Assembly (NCBI GenBank): GCA_035311445.1
Contig: DATGCX010000027.1
Coordinates: 9,218 to 73,217 of the forward strand
Direction: 5' to 3'
From: Xanthobacteraceae bacterium
Lineage (GTDB): Bacteria; Pseudomonadota; Alphaproteobacteria; Rhizobiales; Xanthobacteraceae
DNA: 64,000 nt
Positions within the stretch are counted from its first letter, which is position 1, and every line of letters begins with the position of its first letter. Shown piece by piece: positions 58,129 through 64,000 of the stretch. The notes beneath the pieces are model-generated. The model was given only the letters and a program-made list of their open reading frames with translations, ran no database searches and was not told the origin of the DNA. Both the position numbers and the translations under genes were made by a program.

Positions 58129-58884
58129 TTACAACCCCAAATAAAATTTCCTGATCAGATCATTGTTATTGAGCTCGTCCGCTGATTTTCCCTCGAACGC
58201 GATCCTGCCGTGGACGATCACGTAGCCGCGGTCGGCGATGCGCAGTGCCTGGGGGAAGTTCTGCTCCGCCATCAGGACGGTGAGCTGGTATTGCTGCTTG
58301 AGCTCCCGGATGGCGTCGATGGTGCGGCTGACCAGCACCGGGGCGAGGCCGACCGAAGGCTCGTCGATCAGGAGGATGCGCGGCGCCAGCATCAGGGCGC
58401 GGCCGAGCGCGAGCATCTGCTGCTCGCCGCCGCTCATCGAGCCGGCGAGCTGGCGCCGGCGTTCGGCGAGCCGCGGAAAGGCCGTGAAGCAGAAATTCAT
58501 ATTGGCCTTGATCTGGGCGCGAGCCTTGGGCCGGAAGGCGCCGAGCAGGAGATTTTCCTCAACGGTCAGGCGGGGGAACAGACGGCGCCCCTCGGGCACC
58601 AGGGCGATGCCGAGATCGACGATCTCCTCAGTGGCTCGGCCGATCAGATCATGTCGCTCGCCCTCGATTTCGGCGACGATCGAACCGGCGCTCGGCCGCA
58701 CGATACCCATGATGCTCTTCATCAGCGTGCTCTTGCCGTTGCCGTTGGTGCCGAGCAGCACCACCGTCTCGCCGCCTTTGACTGTAATCGATATATCCTC
58801 CAGCACGCGCACGGCGCCGTAGCGGGCATCGACCCCTGCGATGGTGAGGCTATTGGCCAATGTATGCCCTTTCGACATCCGCAT
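58129..58884 (-). CDS. livF: branched-chain amino-acid ABC transporter ATP-binding protein LivF
   Basis: GTNGNGKST, LSGGEQQMLALGRAL, ILLIDEPS. The exact start is uncertain because ORF-track start 58884 overlaps livG by 35 nt. Confidence 0.9.
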   Translation of the reverse strand: MRMSKGHTLANSLTIAGVDARYGAVRVLEDISITVKGGETVVLLGTNGNGKSTLMKSIMGIVRPSAGSIVAEIEGERHDLIGRATEEIVDLGIALVPEGRRLFPRLTVEENLLLGAFRPKARAQIKANMNFCFTAFPRLAERRRQLAGSMSGGEQQMLALGRALMLAPRILLIDEPSVGLAPVLVSRTIDAIRELKQQYQLTVLMAEQNFPQALRIADRGYVIVHGRIAFEGKSADELNNNDLIRKFYLGL

Positions 58885-59587
58885 CGCGAATCACCTCGTC
58901 AGGACGGCCGTCGGCGATTTTCTTGCCGGAGACCAGTACCGCGAGGCGTTGAGAGAAGCTCATGACGGCGCGCATGATGTGCTCGATGAGGATGACCGTG
59001 ATGCCGTGTTCGTTCAGCCGGATCAGCAGCGCGACGATATCGTTGACCTCGGAATTCGACAGTCCCGCCATCGCCTCGTCGGCGATCAGAAGCTTGGGTT
59101 CCGCCGCCATGGCGCGCGCGAGCTCCAGCTTGCGCATCTCCACCTGAGTAAGGTCGCGCGGCAGGCGTCGCGCACGGTCGGCGAGGCCCACGAGGTTCAA
59201 GAGCTCTTCGCAGCGCGTTGCGATCTCGGCTTCGGTAAGCGCGGGCTTGCGACGCGCATTGACGGTGTAGAGCAGCGGCACCTTGATGTTATCGCCGACC
59301 GTCATGCTGGCGAAGGGACGCGGCAGCTGGAAGCTGCGTGCCATACCGATTCGGGTGCGCTCATGGGCGCTTTGCCCGGCGAGGTTGCGCCCTTCGAATC
59401 GCACCGTGCCGGACTCATTGACGAGCGTACCGCACAGGCAGTTCACCAACGTGCTCTTGCCTGAACCGTTGGGGCCGATCAGGCCGAGTCGCTCGCCTGC
59501 CCTCACCGCGAGATTGATGTCATCGAGCGCGACGAAGCCGCCGAACCGCTTGGAGAGTCCTTCCACTTCGAGAAGCTGTGCCGTCAT
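58850..59587 (-). CDS. livG: branched-chain amino-acid ABC transporter ATP-binding protein LivG
   Basis: LLEVEGLSKRFGGFVALDDINL, GPNGSGKST, and a LivG-type C-terminus. Confidence 0.9.
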   Translation of the reverse strand: MTAQLLEVEGLSKRFGGFVALDDINLAVRAGERLGLIGPNGSGKSTLVNCLCGTLVNESGTVRFEGRNLAGQSAHERTRIGMARSFQLPRPFASMTVGDNIKVPLLYTVNARRKPALTEAEIATRCEELLNLVGLADRARRLPRDLTQVEMRKLELARAMAAEPKLLIADEAMAGLSNSEVNDIVALLIRLNEHGITVILIEHIMRAVMSFSQRLAVLVSGKKIADGRPDEVIRDADVERAYIGQ

Positions 59588-59590
59588 GGC

Positions 59591-60547
59591 CTATCGCTTT
59601 GACAACAAGCGCTGCCACAGCCCGATGAGGCCATTCGGCGCGATGATAACGAAGCCTACCAGCAGCATTCCGACGATCAGCAGGTTGACCGCCGAGGAGA
59701 TCGTCACGGTGGTGACCTGCTGCAGGGTACCGAGGAGAAGCGCGCCAACCAGCGGGCCGACCCAGCTGGTGGTGCCGCCGATCATCGGCATGGCGATCGA
59801 GTTGACGGCGTATTCGAGCGCGAACGCGGAAGACGGCTGCAGGTAACCGATGTAGTAGGGAAACGGTGCGCCGGCCATGCCCATCAGGGCGCCTGATAGC
59901 GTGGTAGCTATCAGCTTGAGCTTGAGGGTCGGCACTCCCGATGCCTCGGCGGCCAGCTCGTCGTCCCGGATAGTGGCAAAGCCATAGCCGAGCTTGGAGC
60001 GCTCGATGATGCGCGCCGTCGAGATGGCCATCACGGCCAGCACCAGCATGATCAGGAAGAGGTACTGAATGTATGGCAGGGAAAGTTCCGAAACCTCTGC
60101 CGGCCGGATCACATAGGCGCCCCGTGAGCCACCCACATAGTTCCAGTTGACCACCAGGGTCTGCAGCACCACTGCGAGCGCGAGCGTTGCGATCGCAAAG
60201 AATGCGCCGCGCAGCCGCAGCGTCAGATAACCCATGCCGAGGCCGATAAGCCCGGATACGGCGGCGCCGACGGCGACAAGCACGGGAATCGGCAGCGGAT
60301 AGAGCTTGTGGAAGAACACCGTCGCATAGGCGCCGAGCGCGAAGAATGCCGCGGTACCGAAATTCACATACCCCGTATAGCCACCGAGAATGTTCCACGC
60401 GGTTGCCAGCACAATGAACTGCAGCACGGTGTAACCGGCAAAAAACACGTAGTCATTGCCAACCATGCGTGCGCCGGCGAATACAAGGACGGCCACGACC
60501 GCGCACATGAGCACGAAGCTGCTGCCGGAGCGGATGGTACGGCTCAT
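59591..60547 (-). CDS. livM: branched-chain amino-acid ABC transporter permease LivM
   Basis: Polytopic, with the NILGGYTGYVNFGTAAFFALGAY motif. I chose ATG 60547, 13 nt after the livH stop. Confidence 0.9.
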   Translation of the reverse strand: MSRTIRSGSSFVLMCAVVAVLVFAGARMVGNDYVFFAGYTVLQFIVLATAWNILGGYTGYVNFGTAAFFALGAYATVFFHKLYPLPIPVLVAVGAAVSGLIGLGMGYLTLRLRGAFFAIATLALAVVLQTLVVNWNYVGGSRGAYVIRPAEVSELSLPYIQYLFLIMLVLAVMAISTARIIERSKLGYGFATIRDDELAAEASGVPTLKLKLIATTLSGALMGMAGAPFPYYIGYLQPSSAFALEYAVNSIAMPMIGGTTSWVGPLVGALLLGTLQQVTTVTISSAVNLLIVGMLLVGFVIIAPNGLIGLWQRLLSKR

Positions 60548-60560
60548 AGTCGCTCCGCCG

Positions 60561-61433
60561 TCATCGTCCCAGCAGCCCCGCGGGCCGGAACGCAAGCGTC
60601 AGCAACAGCAGCCCAAATGAGACCGCGGGCGCCCATGACGGACCATAGAAGGTCGCGGTGAAGCTCTCCGCGATACCGAGCAGTATGGCGCCAATAAGTG
60701 CTCCCGGTAGGCTGCCAAGCCCCCCGAGCACGCAAATCGCAAAGACCCGGCCGATATAGTCCCGCCCGATCGAGGGCTCGACCGGCTGGATGATGATCAG
60801 GAATGCCCCCGCCATGGATGCGGTGGCGATCGAAATCGCGAAAGCGATACGTTTGATCCGGATCGGATCGGCGGCCATCAGTTGCAGGGCAACCTGGTCC
60901 TGGGCTACCGCCATGATGGCACGGCCGATGAAACTGCGCGTCAGAAACAGCTCCAACGTTACCAGCATGATGAGCGATATCAGGCACGGCACCAGCATCC
61001 GCAGCGGCAGGTCGATGACGCCGATATGCCAGCTCTGCTCGACGTAGCTGGCCTGGACGTAGCGGTAGTCCACCCCGAATTCCAGGACCAGTGCGACTTC
61101 GGTGATGAACAGGATGCCGAAAAAGAACGCCAAGCCGCGCAGCGGGTCCTGGCCGCGCCTTTCGAAAGCCAGATAATAGACTTGGTAGATCGCGGCACCG
61201 AGCCCATAGAAGGCCGGCAGCACGATGATGCTGGCGACGATCGGATCAAGGCCGAACTGCACGTTGACGATGTAGGCAATGTAGGCCCCCAGGATGATGA
61301 AGGCCGGATGCGCAATGTTGACGATGTCGAGAATGCCGAACGAAATCGAGATCCCCACGGTCACAGCCGCATAGAAACCGCCGAGCAGCAGCCCGGCCAT
61401 CACTGCATTGAGCAGCAGATCGTAGGACAACAC
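60561..61433 (-). CDS. livH: branched-chain amino-acid ABC transporter permease LivH
   Basis: MLSYDLLLNAVMAGLLLGGFYAAVTVGISISFGILDIVNIAHPAF is a typical LivH N-terminus. Confidence 0.9.
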   Translation of the reverse strand: MLSYDLLLNAVMAGLLLGGFYAAVTVGISISFGILDIVNIAHPAFIILGAYIAYIVNVQFGLDPIVASIIVLPAFYGLGAAIYQVYYLAFERRGQDPLRGLAFFFGILFITEVALVLEFGVDYRYVQASYVEQSWHIGVIDLPLRMLVPCLISLIMLVTLELFLTRSFIGRAIMAVAQDQVALQLMAADPIRIKRIAFAISIATASMAGAFLIIIQPVEPSIGRDYIGRVFAICVLGGLGSLPGALIGAILLGIAESFTATFYGPSWAPAVSFGLLLLTLAFRPAGLLGR

Positions 61434-61560
61434 TTCCCCCCACCCGCCGCATCTTCGGTGCGCGGCCCGCCGTCGTCATACCCGCGCCTGGCGTGGGCAT
61501 TCACGTCTTCCTGGCAGCTTTCGAAAAGCAATGCGTGGACCGCCGAGACAAGCCCCCTAG

Positions 61561-61720
61561 CCGCTAGCTTAAGCTGTAACAGTGCCGGCAGCTGCTCCCC
61601 TCCCCGTTGTGGGGAGGGGTCGGGGGTGGGGGTCGAGGAGTGGGGCACATCGGTGCCACAGCTCCCCGACCCCCAACCCCAACCCTCCCCCACAAGGGGG
61701 GAGGGAGTCTCAGCGGCTCG
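61561..61720 (+). repeat. family-A ~165-nt nested palindromic element
   Basis: ccgctagcttaagctgtaacagtgccggcagctgctcccctccccgttgtggggaggggtcgggggtgggggtcgaggagtggggcacatcggtgccacagctccccgacccccaaccccaaccctcccccacaaggggggagggagtctcagcggctcg. Confidence 0.85.
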
Positions 61721-61797
61721 GTCAGAGCTTAACTCAGCGTGCATGAGGCCGGCCATGACACTGGACAATCGTTTGACCCCCGCCCCAGTTTTCCACA

Positions 61798-62244
61798 TCA
61801 CGCCGCCGCGCGCCGAACCGCGCCCGGGATCGCAAGCGGCGGGTTGGCGCTGTCCAAAAATTCGACCGTCATGAACACCATCTCGCCGTCGCCGATGTTC
61901 TCAAGATCATGCACTTTGAATTCACCGGGTCCATAGGTCTCGTGGCGCGTTTCGCCGGACGCGTAGGCGTATTCCACGGTCGTGCCGTCCATCAGGTGCT
62001 GGCGGCCGCGACACGGGGTCATCGCGGTCCAGAAATAGTTGAGCACATGCCGGTGGAATCCGAACCGCTGCCCGGGTTTGAGCCTGATGGTCCATACCCG
62101 CACTTTGTCGGTCTCGGAAACCAGCTCGCTGCCGACGCAACCGTTGGGGCTGAGGGCTTCGCAGGCGAACTCCTTCTGGAGCGCACCAGGCCACTCAATC
62201 CGGTCCTTCCACGCCGCCTGCTTGTCGGACATGCTCAAGGCCAT
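61798..62244 (-). CDS. cupin-domain protein
   Basis: 148 aa with GGAGG upstream. The beta-rich core with G.RFGFHRH....FW motif suggests a cupin fold. Confidence 0.55.
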   Translation of the reverse strand: MALSMSDKQAAWKDRIEWPGALQKEFACEALSPNGCVGSELVSETDKVRVWTIRLKPGQRFGFHRHVLNYFWTAMTPCRGRQHLMDGTTVEYAYASGETRHETYGPGEFKVHDLENIGDGEMVFMTVEFLDSANPPLAIPGAVRRAAA

Positions 62245-62371
62245 GGAATTCCTCCGTTGCGGCCATATCGAACGGCCGCATGCTGTTTGATACCTTGCAT
62301 GGAGCGATAAACCAAGAGCGCCGATCAGATATCACGGTAGTCGAGATCATGCGTCACGTTTGCGAGGCGAA

Positions 62372-63613
62372 ATGAGCGAGGGGCGCGCCATTGTGATTGG
62401 CGGTTCACTGGCCGGCCTGTTGGCGGGCCTGTTGCTGCGCCGGCAGTTTACTGTCGACATTTATGAACGCGCTGGTGCCGAGCTGGCCGGCCGCGGCGCC
62501 GGTATTGTGACTCACGCGCTATTGTCGGAGGTGCTTGATGCTGCCGACATCACGGGGCGACAGGATGGTGCCATCCAGCAATCCAGCGTCCAGGATTTAG
62601 GTGTAGAGGTTCGGACGCGACGCTTTTTCGATCGGGACGGCCGGGTGGGACTGGACTACCCTTACCGGCAAACCCTCACGTCCTGGGACCGGCTGTATGA
62701 CTTGTTGCGCCGTGCGTTTCCCCCATCGCATTATCATCGGGGCAAGGAACTGGTGGCCGTCGAGGAGCGTGCCGGGGGCGTCGCGGCACGGTTTGCGGAC
62801 GGTTCGGTTGCCGAGGGAGACCTGCTGGTTGGCGCCGATGGATTGCGCTCGACCGTGCGCGCGCAGTTTCTTCCCGAAGTGACGCCGATCTACGTCGGCT
62901 ATGCAGCCTGGCGCGCGCTCGTTCCGGAACGCGCCATTGCGCCGGACCTGCACGCGCAGATATTCGATCACTTGTCGTTCGGCCTGCCGCCCGGCGAACA
63001 GATACTCGGATATCCGGTGGCGGGCCTAAACAATGACCTGTGCCCCGGCCGCCGCCGCTACAATCTTGTCTGGTACCGGCCGGCCGATAGGCTCCAGCTC
63101 GAACGGCTGCTGACGGACGACGCCGGGACTACCCACGCGGTCTCGATCCCGCCGCCGCTGATCTCGCGCGCCGTCATCGCGGAAATGCGCGAGGCCGCGG
63201 AATCCCTGCTGGCGCCGCAGTTCCGCGACCTGATCCGGCTGGTCGGACGGCCGATGCTGCAGGCGATCTACGATATCGAATCGCCACGCATGGCCTTCGG
63301 CCGCGTTGCCATCATCGGCGACGCCGCCTTCGTGGCGCGCCCGCACGTGGGCGCCGGCGTCGCCAAGGCCGCCCAGGACGCGCTCGCACTGGCGCGGGCA
63401 CTCGCGCGGACCGGGGAGGTTGCAACGGCGTTGAAAGAAATGGAAGCGACGCAACTGCCATTCGGCCGCCGCATCATCGCGCGGGCCCGCGAACTCGGGG
63501 CATGTCTGCAGCGGCACCACACAACCGCGGCGGAGCGCGATAACGCCGCTCGGTTTCGCACGCCCGAGGCAACGCTGCGAGAAACCGCGACGCTGGAGTT
63601 TTTGGAGAGGTGA
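62372..63613 (+). CDS. FAD-dependent monooxygenase
   Basis: Rossmann AIVIGGSLAGLLAGLLL, GADGLRSTVR, and IGDAAFVARPHVGAGVAKA motifs. Confidence 0.85.
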   Translation: MSEGRAIVIGGSLAGLLAGLLLRRQFTVDIYERAGAELAGRGAGIVTHALLSEVLDAADITGRQDGAIQQSSVQDLGVEVRTRRFFDRDGRVGLDYPYRQTLTSWDRLYDLLRRAFPPSHYHRGKELVAVEERAGGVAARFADGSVAEGDLLVGADGLRSTVRAQFLPEVTPIYVGYAAWRALVPERAIAPDLHAQIFDHLSFGLPPGEQILGYPVAGLNNDLCPGRRRYNLVWYRPADRLQLERLLTDDAGTTHAVSIPPPLISRAVIAEMREAAESLLAPQFRDLIRLVGRPMLQAIYDIESPRMAFGRVAIIGDAAFVARPHVGAGVAKAAQDALALARALARTGEVATALKEMEATQLPFGRRIIARARELGACLQRHHTTAAERDNAARFRTPEATLRETATLEFLER

Positions 63614-64000
63614 TGGCTCGATCTTGTCCCTCGCCGACGTGGGGAGGGCGTTGAACACGATCGGGCCTCTCGCGCGCCAGCATCGGACGACTTCGGGGCC
63701 ATTTGACTTTCCGGTCGACCTCAATAGCCGGAAAACGCAGCATAAGTTCGAGCGCCTCAGCCTTGGGCCAGAACCTGACTTATGCACCGCGGCAAGTGAG
63801 AGGTTTGCGCAGTCGCCGCTCGCCGTGGACTCTTCGACAGTATCGATCGTTGGCCGACGGTCCTCAGTGAGCCGTTCGTCCGGCAAAGCCCGCTCTGTCG
63901 AGCGTGTTATTTGGAACTCCTGTCGGCGGGTTTATCTCAGGCCCGGCAACTTCTAATCCAGATCGACAAGCCGATCGTTCATGCTGCCACTCCTATGGGC

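Noticed and set aside
63624-64000. 110-aa plus ORF 63624..63956, and a possible minus-strand gene tail ending ...SMNDRLVDLD* at 63954
   Set aside because: The plus ORF has no motif, poor coding character, and contains hairpins (cataagt..acttatg; tttccgg..ccggaaa). The minus-strand tail is only ~15 codons inside the window, too short to call.

Overview
High-GC alphaproteobacterial chromosome segment. Gene content and repeat families look Bradyrhizobiaceae-like, which is an inference because no searches were run. All product names come from motif recognition by eye in the supplied translations and my own re-translations.

Most of the window is transport and metabolism:
- modABC and an MdtABC-type RND pump
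- a NitT/TauT-type ABC system and a family-5 (Dpp/Opp-type) peptide ABC system
- SCO1
- a co-directional cluster of DUF1445 hydro-lyase, MFS, LysR and fused 5-oxoprolinase
- TctCBA
- a LIV-type ABC system with a higBA pair lodged inside it

Accessory or decayed parts:
- A P4-type integrative element remnant abuts tRNA-Ser(CGA) at 27.4-32.0 kb. Its integrase and AAA ATPase are frameshifted.
- A mosaic of gene fragments lies at 26.2-27.4 kb.
- A second decayed patch lies at 14.0-15.9 kb.
- Inverted remnants of a second hydro-lyase/oxoprolinase locus lie at 50.1-50.6 kb.

The most unusual signal I can support is several families of G+C-rich nested palindromic (REP/MITE-like) elements. Two of them sit in frame inside the 5-oxoprolinase gene, one supplies the C-terminal tail of a DUF1330 protein, and two inverted ~165-nt copies bracket the LIV/higBA block.

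I saw no rRNA, no CRISPR array and no recognisable defence system. Several frameshifts lie in homopolymer runs and could be sequencing errors.
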